This document shows positions 26,119 to 35,369 of a stretch of 64,000 bases of DNA, one piece after another (positions within the stretch are counted from its first letter, which is position 1; every line of letters starts with the position of its first letter). Position numbers and translations under genes: made by a program. Under the pieces are notes generated by a model. It made no database searches, had not been told where the DNA came from, and saw only the letters and a program-made list of their open reading frames with translations. Source of the DNA: Gammaproteobacteria bacterium (GTDB lineage: Bacteria > Pseudomonadota > Gammaproteobacteria > Pseudomonadales > Azotimanducaceae); the NCBI GenBank assembly GCA_031385325.1, contig JANNBJ010000123.1, forward strand, positions 6,771 through 70,770, given 5' to 3'.

Positions 26119-27108
26119 TCAGAATGTCTGAGCGAAATCACGTAATACCGTGGGTTCAAGTGTAGCTGCATGACTGGTCAGAAACCGGTTCAGCGCGTCA
26201 AGGCTGTTTCGAGTCAAGGACTTCGGATGGCCCATGACGTTGAATATTGTGTGACGCCGTTCTCGGGTTTTCCGGAAACTGTGTTCAAGCAAATTGGCGC
26301 GTGCGCCATCGATTGAAGCGACAGTGTCTTCCGCGCTGAACAATTTACGAAGGTAGTATTCCTTCGAATTATTCAGCGCTTGACCATCACCCAACGGCCT
26401 GTCGCCAGCCTGTTTGAACAGCTTTCTCCACAACGCTTCCCAGTAGAACAACGGCGACACACGATAAGCCGATATCGGAATCTCCAGAAAACGGCCTGAA
26501 CTTTCTACGTTTAGTGGATCGCCATCGAACGTCCAGCGATCAAGATCCGGCGCAGCGGAAAAATCGAATTCTCGACCCGGGTTAACACTTTTGCCGCGAG
26601 TGTAAACCGTCGAGTCAATGTGTATGCCGGCACCCTTCAATGGACCTGCGAGCGACTCGAACGGCTGCAGACACCATCCACCAGCACGGAACGCTGACGG
26701 CCGAATGCCAGTTATCGAACCGAGTAAGCCAGCGTAACGTTCGAGTATTTCTGTTATCGCCGGACACGAAAAACTCTGTAGTCGATAACGCGTGGTATCG
26801 ATATCCCACTTGCCGTTCGACCAGTGAGAGTCTTCCCAGTGTGGATGGACGTGAAGTTGTATGTCATGGCCCCGGCTCACCAACTGCTGGAGTTGGGTCG
26901 CTATCCTCTCCAGTTGGAACTTGTGCAGTTTTTCCGGGCTGTGGGACAACCGGTCCAGGTAACCTGCGTCAACGAACAGTGTGACGAGGAACCCATGTCG
27001 CTCGAGCTCATCTGTGAGCACTCGTGTCGGATAAATCAGGCACCCATCTGGAGAACCTGTGTTCGATCCAAAGAACAGTTCGTAGTCGAGCGTCAGAAGA
27101 AACTTCAC
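26119..27108 (-). CDS. Polysaccharide deacetylase-like / carbohydrate-esterase-like protein (divergent)
   Basis: The N-terminus KFLLTLDYELFFG and the HVHPHWEDSHW His-rich segment resemble divergent deacetylase-superfamily proteins from capsule loci. I prefer the GTG at 27108, 1 nt after the upstream stop codon. Confidence 0.6.
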   Translation of the reverse strand: MKFLLTLDYELFFGSNTGSPDGCLIYPTRVLTDELERHGFLVTLFVDAGYLDRLSHSPEKLHKFQLERIATQLQQLVSRGHDIQLHVHPHWEDSHWSNGKWDIDTTRYRLQSFSCPAITEILERYAGLLGSITGIRPSAFRAGGWCLQPFESLAGPLKGAGIHIDSTVYTRGKSVNPGREFDFSAAPDLDRWTFDGDPLNVESSGRFLEIPISAYRVSPLFYWEALWRKLFKQAGDRPLGDGQALNNSKEYYLRKLFSAEDTVASIDGARANLLEHSFRKTRERRHTIFNVMGHPKSLTRNSLDALNRFLTSHAATLEPTVLRDFAQTF

Positions 27109-27109
27109 T

Positions 27110-28147
27110 TCAGTACTCGAGCACCGCGGCAAGTCGCTGCTTGTAACTCAGGAGTCCGCAAGAAAGCGCCTCGACATGTGCGGCGTTGAACCGCAGAGGC
27201 AAGAAGACGCGTCGAATGGTCAGCAGGTCACAACCTACCGCATTCAGCCCGGGTTCCACGGAAAAAGCCGCGTCGTACCCGGCGGCAGCAACCGCTTTGC
27301 GGGAGCCATCATCCCAATCACCGTTCGGATAGCAGAACATCCTGCACGGCTGTCCGGTCATGGCTTCCAGCTCAAGCTTTGATTGGGTCAGTTGATACGC
27401 GCGGGCGTCGTGATCGAGCTTGTCGATTCGCATGTGGTCAATGGTGTGACTGCCAACATCAATGGCGCCGCGCGCGACAGCGCCCCTCAGTTCCTCGTTG
27501 GAAATGGTCGCCGAGACCGGGTCACTGGCCTGGAAGCTGCCCAGGGACTTTCCCGAGTCAGCTTCCAGTGCATCGCATGTTTCGCCAAAAAAGTCGTGGA
27601 AACGTTGATCATGCCAACCCTGTCGTTTTGCATAACGCCGAAGCGACTGGTACTCGCTGTGCATACCACATCGATCCCCGGGTTCGAAGGTGAACGTTCG
27701 ACCATCAACTTCCAGTTTCCAGAGACGATCGATCTGCTGAATCGCATAGTCAAATCGGTCAAACCAGAACGTTCGAGCGTTGCTTAGATAGCCGGTAGTG
27801 ACGAATAACAACGGGCGAATGTTACGTGCTTCAAGAACCGGCAAGGCAAGATCAAGATTGTTTCTATAACCATCATCGAAGGTCAACAGTACCGGATTGT
27901 CGATGCGCAGGTCGCCGCGCAGGTGAGCTATGGCGCCGGCTGCGTCCACCCAATTGTGGTACCTGGAAATCGCATCTATCTGCGCTGTAAACGTCGGTAC
28001 ATCCACTTGTTGTCGCAAAGGGTCCCAAAGCAAGTCCCCACGAACGGGCGCAACCCCGTGAACAGTCAGCACGGTCAGCGATGAACGTCGCGCCTGGCGG
28101 ATGAAGCTGAAGAGACCCAGCTGACGCATCACATCAAGCGTGGTCAT
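27110..28147 (-). CDS. Polysaccharide deacetylase (NodB homology / CE4)
   Basis: Motif 1 LLTFDDGYRNN, motif 2 GSHTIDH and FCYPNGDW. The start overlaps the asnB-like stop (ATGA). Confidence 0.85.
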   Translation of the reverse strand: MTTLDVMRQLGLFSFIRQARRSSLTVLTVHGVAPVRGDLLWDPLRQQVDVPTFTAQIDAISRYHNWVDAAGAIAHLRGDLRIDNPVLLTFDDGYRNNLDLALPVLEARNIRPLLFVTTGYLSNARTFWFDRFDYAIQQIDRLWKLEVDGRTFTFEPGDRCGMHSEYQSLRRYAKRQGWHDQRFHDFFGETCDALEADSGKSLGSFQASDPVSATISNEELRGAVARGAIDVGSHTIDHMRIDKLDHDARAYQLTQSKLELEAMTGQPCRMFCYPNGDWDDGSRKAVAAAGYDAAFSVEPGLNAVGCDLLTIRRVFLPLRFNAAHVEALSCGLLSYKQRLAAVLEY

Positions 28148-30141
28148 CGTTTGACCTGATACTGACGTTCGGTTTGCCCGTTCTTCCCGTCATTGATTTT
28201 TTCTTGAGGCACTTTCGTAACAGGCTGTCTGACACGATCAAACGGCGCTGGAATCACCGAATCGTTGATCGTCGAATCGAGTCGGCTACCGTCCTCTATG
28301 TGCCTCCGGTACCAGTATTCAAGCGACAGTACGCTCCACAGTTGCATGGAGTAGTCCTGACGGCCGCGTAGATGGTCCTGAACCAATCGGTCAACCTTGT
28401 CGGGATCAAGAAGTCCGGTGGCTGCAACCTGACGCGGATCCAGAATCCGGGTCATCCACGGACGCAGTGCTGATTTGAACCATAGTCCTACAGGCGCATC
28501 GAATCCGGTCTTGGGTCGATCCACGATTGATGCAGGCAGGTATCGGCTGGCGACGTCCTTGAGAATTCGCTTGGTTCTGCCTTTGTGAACACGATAGTGG
28601 GCTGGAAGTCCCGCCGCAAATTCAGCGACCCTGAAGTCACAAAGCGGCGAACGCACTTCCAGGCTGTTCGCCATGCTCATCCGATCCATATACGTGAGCT
28701 GGAACTCCGGCAGATAGGCTGCGGTGTCGACGTCAAGAACTCGATCATGGAAGTTACCGGCTTTTGCCAGACAGTCGGCCACATAGTGATCCGCAACAAA
28801 GTTCCGATCAACGCCGAGTATCAGCCCCGAGCCTACTTCGGGCGCCAGTTGATTCAGCCACTGCCGATATCCTTCAATCTGCGTCTTGCCAAGTGCTCGG
28901 CTGAATCGTTTGGCTCGACGGATGAAACGACTGCCATCGGTCGAATCACTGAATCGACCGAGCAGGTGTTGCCCCATCAGAGCTATGGGTCCGGGCACCC
29001 TGGACGACATCGCCAACAGGCCAAGTTTGCTGTGGCGTGGATACCCATGAAACAGTTCGTCGCCTCCAGTACCACCCATTGCAACCTTGACATCCTTGAC
29101 CACTTCGGCACATAGCAGATGAACGAGCATCGAAGTTGGCTCGCCATTGGGTTCATCATAGTGATCAAGAATCCGCGGGATCAGGCCAGCGGCCTGTTGG
29201 GCTGAAACGACAAAATTCCGGTGTTCGGTGCCAAGGTGGGCCGCGACCGTTTCTGCATAAGGAAGCTCGCTGAAACCACGCGCTGACTCATCAAAACCGA
29301 TCGAATACGTCCGAACCCTGGTGCCCCCCTGTTGCATCAATGCGCTGATCAACGAAGAGTCCACCCCACCTGACAAGAACGCAGCAACTTCGACGTCACT
29401 TTTGAGGCAATAACGGATGGCTTCCTTGAGTTCACTATCGAGCTGATCCACGGCATCTTCGTAGTCGATCTCGATGGGTTGTCGAGGCAGCAGCGACCAG
29501 TATCTGCGCAGATGCAGTTGACTACCCTCATAGATAGCGATTTCACCTGGACACAGCTTGCGGATGCCCATGAATGCCGTGGCCGGAGCCGGAATGTAGC
29601 CCAAGGCGAGAAAGGTCGCCGCACTTTCCCGGTCAACGGAACGATTAAGGGGAGTGGTCAGCAGACATTTTATCTCCGACGCAAACGTCAGCCCCGAGCT
29701 GCTCAGATGGTAGTAAAGTGGTTTCTCGCCTAGCCGGTCTCGCGCCAGTAACAGTCGTTGCCGTTTAACATCCCAGACCGCAATCGCAAACATGCCTCGC
29801 AGATGTTCCGGAAATGAATCTCCGTATTCCTCGTACGCATGCACGATGGTTTCGGTGTCCGAATGGGTGCGGAACACATGGCCCCGTGCCTGCAATTCCC
29901 GGCGCAAGTCTTCGTAGTTGTAGATTTCGCCATTGAAGACTGTCCAGACGTCGCCAGTTTCGTTGGCTATCGGCTGACTGCCACCCGCTACATCGATGAT
30001 CGCCAGTCTGACCATGCCGAGAATGGCTTGGCCAAACTGTCTGACATCACTGTGATCCGGACCTCGATAACGCATGACGTCACACATTCGGTGGACAGCT
30101 GCAACACTTGAGTTACCGACAGCTCCAGCGATTCCGCACAT
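28144..30141 (-). CDS. Asparagine synthase (glutamine-hydrolysing)-type amidotransferase
   Basis: N-terminal nucleophile MCGIAG, the Ntn glutaminase domain and the PP-loop AAFLSGGVDSS. Trimmed to the ATG at 30141 so that Cys is residue 2. Confidence 0.9.
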   Translation of the reverse strand: MCGIAGAVGNSSVAAVHRMCDVMRYRGPDHSDVRQFGQAILGMVRLAIIDVAGGSQPIANETGDVWTVFNGEIYNYEDLRRELQARGHVFRTHSDTETIVHAYEEYGDSFPEHLRGMFAIAVWDVKRQRLLLARDRLGEKPLYYHLSSSGLTFASEIKCLLTTPLNRSVDRESAATFLALGYIPAPATAFMGIRKLCPGEIAIYEGSQLHLRRYWSLLPRQPIEIDYEDAVDQLDSELKEAIRYCLKSDVEVAAFLSGGVDSSLISALMQQGGTRVRTYSIGFDESARGFSELPYAETVAAHLGTEHRNFVVSAQQAAGLIPRILDHYDEPNGEPTSMLVHLLCAEVVKDVKVAMGGTGGDELFHGYPRHSKLGLLAMSSRVPGPIALMGQHLLGRFSDSTDGSRFIRRAKRFSRALGKTQIEGYRQWLNQLAPEVGSGLILGVDRNFVADHYVADCLAKAGNFHDRVLDVDTAAYLPEFQLTYMDRMSMANSLEVRSPLCDFRVAEFAAGLPAHYRVHKGRTKRILKDVASRYLPASIVDRPKTGFDAPVGLWFKSALRPWMTRILDPRQVAATGLLDPDKVDRLVQDHLRGRQDYSMQLWSVLSLEYWYRRHIEDGSRLDSTINDSVIPAPFDRVRQPVTKVPQEKINDGKNGQTERQYQVKR

Positions 30142-30223
30142 TACCGACGTCCTGGATGTAGCCAACAAATCGATTGGCCTGTATAGCGGAATTGATTTTG
30201 CTCGCTTCTTGTTCTGAACATGT

Positions 30224-31651
30224 TCACAACACCGGTCGACGCCAGGCAGGACGAACTGTCAGCGGCACCGGTACCCTTGATTGATGCCACCTGATTGTCA
30301 GCAATATCGCAACCCACATACACACCGCCCCTTCTCGAGGATAGAAGGTTTGCGATCCAAAACCGGCGATCAGTATGGATCCGACCAGCGCAATGGTCAT
30401 ACCTCCCAATCCGCTTTCAATTGGACTGCCTTTCAACAAACGAAACGCGTAAACAAGGACCGTTCCGAAGAACAACAGCACAGGAATCGCGCCGATCAGG
30501 CCGTTGTCGAACACCCATTCCAGGTACATGTTATGTGGATGCGGGAATTCTTCTCCATATTCAGTAAGCAGGTAGCCCGATACGCCCGATCTCTGCATTG
30601 CCAATCTTCCATACCCCAGCCAGGGCTTTTCCGAAATCTTGTCGAGCACAAACGGCCAGGCAAAGGTTCGGCCAGACGTCACGGTATAGAGGTCTACTCC
30701 CGATGTTTCCGCGACGTTTTCTTCGCTCTGAATCGCGACATTGGTGTCGACGTTTTGTCCACCGAACCCAGCCGAGAGACGATCGCTGAGGCCGGGAATC
30801 AATGGAATCGCCAGCATCACCAGAACGGGCAGCAAGAAGAACATCTTTCGTGACCGTGTCCAGGCATAGAGCATTCCCATCACAGCCCAGGTTACGTACC
30901 CCGTGCGACCGCCTGTCAATGCCATGGCGAACGAAATGGCGCCAGCTGCTACATACAGTGCCGTCCTGACCGACCGATTCTGGAAGACCGTCGCCGCAAA
31001 TACTGCCGCCCAGGCAGAGCCTGACATCATCATTGAGAGGTTGACCCGGTGGAACCCCACCTCGTTCGACAGGATTTTGAGTGCGCGTTCGCCAAGATCC
31101 TCACCTCCAGTCAATGCTGACAAGGGCATCCACCGAATGATCTGTATGGCCAGCATGAGATAAACACCGACGATAACCAGTACAGCTTCACGCAGCCGGG
31201 CCTCATCCCTGCAACCATCGTAGAGCATCAACGCCGGAATGAGCCACTTGAGTCCGTTGATGATATGTTCAGAAAATAGTCCGGCAAAGGTCGGGATGTC
31301 CTGCGTTCCGAGCAACTGCGCATAATCGATGACGCTACCCAGATCAGTAGCCGCACGAGTGAAGGCGACGATGATAAGAAAGACATAAGCCATGAGGATG
31401 AAGCTGATCCCTCTGGGCATGTCCCATGAGTAGCCTTCCTTGCGACGATTGATGATCCACGAGAGCACGGTGATCGCCAGCAGAATATTCCATGGATTCA
31501 GTCCCTGGATACCCGCCAGCGACTTGGGAAAGTCTGGATGCTCAACGACGGCAATCAGGGCTACCAGACCGAGCACGCCTCGGTACCAGTTCTGTAATGA
31601 AAGCGCACCCACGGCGACAATAAACAGCCAGAGCGCTGTAATGCGGATCAT
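30224..31651 (-). CDS. O-antigen ligase/polymerase-like membrane protein (resembles exosortase-A-associated O-glycosylation ligase)
   Basis: 475 aa and polytopic, with a Wzy_C-like central loop. The N-terminus (..GLNPWNILLAITVL..) recalls the exosortase-A-associated subfamily. The start overlaps the GT26 gene stop (ATGA). Confidence 0.75.
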   Translation of the reverse strand: MIRITALWLFIVAVGALSLQNWYRGVLGLVALIAVVEHPDFPKSLAGIQGLNPWNILLAITVLSWIINRRKEGYSWDMPRGISFILMAYVFLIIVAFTRAATDLGSVIDYAQLLGTQDIPTFAGLFSEHIINGLKWLIPALMLYDGCRDEARLREAVLVIVGVYLMLAIQIIRWMPLSALTGGEDLGERALKILSNEVGFHRVNLSMMMSGSAWAAVFAATVFQNRSVRTALYVAAGAISFAMALTGGRTGYVTWAVMGMLYAWTRSRKMFFLLPVLVMLAIPLIPGLSDRLSAGFGGQNVDTNVAIQSEENVAETSGVDLYTVTSGRTFAWPFVLDKISEKPWLGYGRLAMQRSGVSGYLLTEYGEEFPHPHNMYLEWVFDNGLIGAIPVLLFFGTVLVYAFRLLKGSPIESGLGGMTIALVGSILIAGFGSQTFYPREGAVCMWVAILLTIRWHQSRVPVPLTVRPAWRRPVL

Positions 31652-32421
31652 GGGTCAGGCGGCGTAGAGCGCGCGACCATACGCACGAATTTCAGATTGC
31701 TCACCAGGTAACGTCGCCATAATCGGCCAGGTTCCTGAAAGACACGAAACAACCACTCCAGTCCCAGCCTTTGCATCATTACCGGAGCGCGTCGCACTTT
31801 TCCAGCGAAAACGTCAAAAGAGCCGCCGACGCCGTGGGTAATCGTTGCGTTCATGTGCTCGCCCCAGCGTGCCATGAAGTTCTCTTTTCGTGGCGACGTC
31901 ATGGCGACAAAAAGAATATCCGGTCGAGACTCGCGAACTTGATCAGCTACCGATTGTTCTTCTTCCTTGCTGAAATACCCGTTTCGGCAACCTACCAGTT
32001 GAACACCGGGATATGCATCATTGATGTTCTGAGCGACCTTGGCGTTGACCCACTCTTCCGCCCCAAGACAGAACACACGATAACCAACCTTGCTGCCACG
32101 CTCCAATAACGAATACATCAAGTCGATACCGGCGACTCTTTCCGGGAGTTTTTTGCCGATCAGTCCTGAGGCCCAGACAACACTTTGTCCATCTGCAAAT
32201 ATGACATCTGAACCCAGAACGCTCGCGCGAAGTTGCGAGTCCGTTTGCATGGCAACAATTTTCGCTGCGTTGACAACACCAATGTCCAGTCGACGACGGT
32301 AGATGATGTGATCTTCAACAAGGCGAACCGCCTGTTCAAGCGTAACGCAGGCGAGAGGAATGTCGAAGAAACTGATCGTTTCGTAGCTGACATCGGTTGA
32401 CGCGACGGGCATGTCAGTCAT
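31648..32421 (-). CDS. WecG/TagA/CpsF-family (GT26) glycosyltransferase
   Basis: 257 aa. FFDIPLACVTLEQAV, GADVIFADGQSVVWA, ILFVAMTSPRKE and GVGGSFDVFAGKVRRAP...LGLEWLFR are typical of the family. Confidence 0.85.
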   Translation of the reverse strand: MTDMPVASTDVSYETISFFDIPLACVTLEQAVRLVEDHIIYRRRLDIGVVNAAKIVAMQTDSQLRASVLGSDVIFADGQSVVWASGLIGKKLPERVAGIDLMYSLLERGSKVGYRVFCLGAEEWVNAKVAQNINDAYPGVQLVGCRNGYFSKEEEQSVADQVRESRPDILFVAMTSPRKENFMARWGEHMNATITHGVGGSFDVFAGKVRRAPVMMQRLGLEWLFRVFQEPGRLWRRYLVSNLKFVRMVARSTPPDP

Positions 32422-32590
32422 TTGCGTTCCCGATTGCAGTCGCGAGCCAGATGATCAAGATTGAGTGTTCACTTGAGTAATTCCTGCGTTCGATGCTACA
32501 GCTCGTTACCAATCTGCTATTGGTGCCGATTCCCATTTCTTGTGGGTAGGATGCAAGATTTGAGAGCTATCTCACGGAACATCAGGCTGC

Positions 32591-32618
32591 GAACCAACAA
32601 AGCCACACACGTGTGCGG
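32591..32618 (-). terminator. Weak intrinsic-terminator or attenuator candidate inside the EPS operon
   Basis: The near-palindrome CCGCACACGTGTGTGG (minus-strand reading of 32603-32618) lies just after the stop of the 394-aa ORF. A U-rich CUUUGUUGGUU tract follows. The stem has two mismatches. Confidence 0.3.
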
Positions 32619-32635
32619 GCGTTGTAATTCGCTTG

Positions 32636-33820
32636 TCAGAGAGGGTAGGACAATCGCTTGAACGGGACGGAACAGGATGGTCTGGCTGTATGGTCCGCCG
32701 GATTCCACCGTGGGTGCAGCGTTTGACCATTCAACTCGATCTGCTGCCCTGGCTGCAGTCCATAGATAGTGAGTCCGGATGGATCAAGACCAGCGGTGTC
32801 GATCACCAAACGGTTCTCCTTCATGGCGTAGGAGACTCTGTGAATGAGCGAGTTGTAGTCCAGCAAACGCCTGGTCGTCGTGACAAGAATTTCGCCGCGA
32901 CCGTGATGCTCCGCAAGAGCCTCCAGGCTCTGTCTGGTCTGGCCCGAAAGCAATTGTGCTCCAGCCAATTGTTTACCCAGGTGAGTGTAGAGAACAGACC
33001 AACCTTCCCTGTCGATGAGTCGCCGCATACTGATCGGTTGTAGTGCACTACCCAGACCGGCAGCATCATCGCCGATCGAGACACCGTAGGGATGAGGATT
33101 ACAGCGCATGAACTCGGTCACCGTCTGGCCGCTGCGCAGCACATAAGGACGGGTCAGACGATTACCCCGGTGCAGCGCATATTTGGGATCCCCAATTTCG
33201 CCACGCACAACCTTGGTTGCATCTTTCAAGGTATTCACAAGGGACTTTCGATCCCTGACCTGGGAGAGCCCCGTGGTTGCTGAATAAGGTACATCCTGAC
33301 CCATGCAACTACTGACTCGACCAAGCCACACGTATCTGACCCCGTGAGCCAGGCTCAGATCCGCGTGGTAAGCCGCAGCGCTTGTGATGTCGCCTTGACC
33401 GAGCATGATGTCTGGCCCCAAATTGGTTGGCGCCACTGCGTGATCAACCCACACCGGCAACTGACAATCGTGTTGGGCTAGTGCGTCCAATGCACGAGCG
33501 GCATGCGACCTGGTGGTAGCAAGATCACCGAAAGAATGAAAGCAATCGATGTGGCCTGAACGGATGAGTGCATGTATGGCATCTCGCCCTGCATCGGAGG
33601 TGTTCCAATAACTCAGATCACCGGGAGCCATGTCAAAGTAGACGGTATTGCCGGTTTCCAGTCCAAGTCCGCGACCGATGTCAGTCTCGTCTCTGGTATT
33701 GAGATAGCGCGAGAGCGTCAGATAACTCTCAAGATCGGGTGTCTCATCCAGATCACTACAAATCGCTAGCATCGCCCGATACGGCCAAGGAAATTTGCGG
33801 ATTTCAATCACGGTGTGCAA
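32636..33820 (-). CDS. Conserved-looking hypothetical protein (394 aa)
   Basis: This long ORF is embedded in the operon and overlaps the flippase stop. Acid/His clusters (AICSDLDET; FHSFGD; WVDHAV) hint at a metal-dependent hydrolase or deacetylase-like fold, but I cannot assign a family. The start is a TTG at 33820 or a GTG at 33811. Confidence 0.6.
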   Translation of the reverse strand: MHTVIEIRKFPWPYRAMLAICSDLDETPDLESYLTLSRYLNTRDETDIGRGLGLETGNTVYFDMAPGDLSYWNTSDAGRDAIHALIRSGHIDCFHSFGDLATTRSHAARALDALAQHDCQLPVWVDHAVAPTNLGPDIMLGQGDITSAAAYHADLSLAHGVRYVWLGRVSSCMGQDVPYSATTGLSQVRDRKSLVNTLKDATKVVRGEIGDPKYALHRGNRLTRPYVLRSGQTVTEFMRCNPHPYGVSIGDDAAGLGSALQPISMRRLIDREGWSVLYTHLGKQLAGAQLLSGQTRQSLEALAEHHGRGEILVTTTRRLLDYNSLIHRVSYAMKENRLVIDTAGLDPSGLTIYGLQPGQQIELNGQTLHPRWNPADHTARPSCSVPFKRLSYPL

Positions 33821-35369
33821 AAACGAAATAACCGCGGATCTTGTCCTTGAGTTGATTCGTCAAGACAAAACGCCAGTACAGAGCAGACACCAACACCCCG
33901 TGACACAGACCGCCAGCGAGAATATTGACCATGACCGACCACGTCTCAATCGCCTTCACCCCTTCAAGGAACAGGAAACTGACAGCTCCGATCAGTACTG
34001 CTCTATGGCCAGCCTGCCAGAGATACTGAATCACGCTGATGCCGAGCATCCGGGCCATGTGGAACGGCACCAGAACAGCGTTGAACAGTACCTCACCCAA
34101 CACGAAAATACAGGCAGCTGCCAACAATCCACCTTCCCAGACCGTCATCCACGCGATGCCCATGCACAACGTAATGAGATAGATGATCAGACCTTGATAG
34201 GACACCGCGCCATGCATGTTCATCCCTGACAAGATCCGGTAGCCCACCCTGTTCGCAGACGCGAGGCACCCTCCTATGGCAAGTATCCAGAGCAGCGGCG
34301 CGTTGATGTACTCCGGACCCATCCACACTCCTATCAATTCCGGGCCAAACACGACCATGAACACACCAGCCGGCAAGGCCAGCGCCCAGCCAACCTTGCT
34401 CATTTCGATGGCAAATTCCTGCAACTCTTCAGTCCGTCCCATGCCATGCATCGAACTGGTGGTTGGCATGAGAATGAACGCGAATTTCGAGATGAAATTT
34501 TCAATATGACGCATGAGCGCAGCTGGCCGGGCAAAGACCGCGAGCGCTGCCGGGCCCAAATTTACGGTGATCAGTATGCTGACGGTCTGCTGCACAGATA
34601 AGGAACCAGCCAACGTCGCCAGTGTCTTCACACCGAAGGAAAGAATTCTTCGCGCGTCTTCTCTATTCGCATGTCGAATTCGTATCTGTACCTCAGGGCA
34701 CACACGCCGACTCATGAAGTAGCGCAGAATCTCTGCAGCTGCGGTGCTTACGAAGTACACCCCTGCCAGCCATTGAATACCTAGACCAAGCAACAGCGTT
34801 GTGATCATTCCGATAGCGGAAGAAATATTGTGGAATGTGTTTACACCGTTGTGAACATCCCAACGATGACAGCCAGTAATGATTCCCCTGTAGGCATCTG
34901 TCAGCATCTGAATGCCCAGGCTGTAGCCGAGCAGTAGTAGAACCATGGCGGTTTCATCCACATCAACTGCTGCAGATGAAAAAATGGTGTCTACATTCGC
35001 GTAGAGAACATAAACGCTGATAAACACTGCCGCGCAGATCACCAGTTGCATGAGATGTGCGGTGGACATGACTTCGCACAATCGTCGAATCTGCCCATTT
35101 GGTCTGTATTCTGCGACGAACTTGCTGGAATTCGAGCCAATGCCAAAATTGACGAGAGACAAATAGGAAACGATTGCCCAGCCGAAATCCCACACACCCA
35201 AGGTAACCTGACCAAGTTGGTCATGGATAAGTCGAGGCATGATGAAGCCAATGCCGACGGTAATCAGCTGACTCAGCCACGACACCAGAACATTCCAGGT
35301 GAGACGTTCTCGACCACTGTGGTCAATTACCGAACTCTGCGTTTCAGTCATGACGTCACTGGTAGCCAT
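33804..35369 (-). CDS. MOP-superfamily polysaccharide flippase (Wzx-like)
   Basis: 521 aa with about 12-14 TM segments and the polysaccharide-biosynthesis-protein pattern (WNVLVSWLSQLITVGIGFIMPRLI). The start could be 35351 instead. Confidence 0.85.
   Translation of the reverse strand: MATSDVMTETQSSVIDHSGRERLTWNVLVSWLSQLITVGIGFIMPRLIHDQLGQVTLGVWDFGWAIVSYLSLVNFGIGSNSSKFVAEYRPNGQIRRLCEVMSTAHLMQLVICAAVFISVYVLYANVDTIFSSAAVDVDETAMVLLLLGYSLGIQMLTDAYRGIITGCHRWDVHNGVNTFHNISSAIGMITTLLLGLGIQWLAGVYFVSTAAAEILRYFMSRRVCPEVQIRIRHANREDARRILSFGVKTLATLAGSLSVQQTVSILITVNLGPAALAVFARPAALMRHIENFISKFAFILMPTTSSMHGMGRTEELQEFAIEMSKVGWALALPAGVFMVVFGPELIGVWMGPEYINAPLLWILAIGGCLASANRVGYRILSGMNMHGAVSYQGLIIYLITLCMGIAWMTVWEGGLLAAACIFVLGEVLFNAVLVPFHMARMLGISVIQYLWQAGHRAVLIGAVSFLFLEGVKAIETWSVMVNILAGGLCHGVLVSALYWRFVLTNQLKDKIRGYFVFAHRD

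Noticed and set aside
30215-30226. 12-bp perfect palindrome TGAACATGTTCA
   Set aside because: It overlaps the stop codon of the O-antigen-ligase-like gene. It has no partner site and no obvious promoter context. It is plausibly chance.
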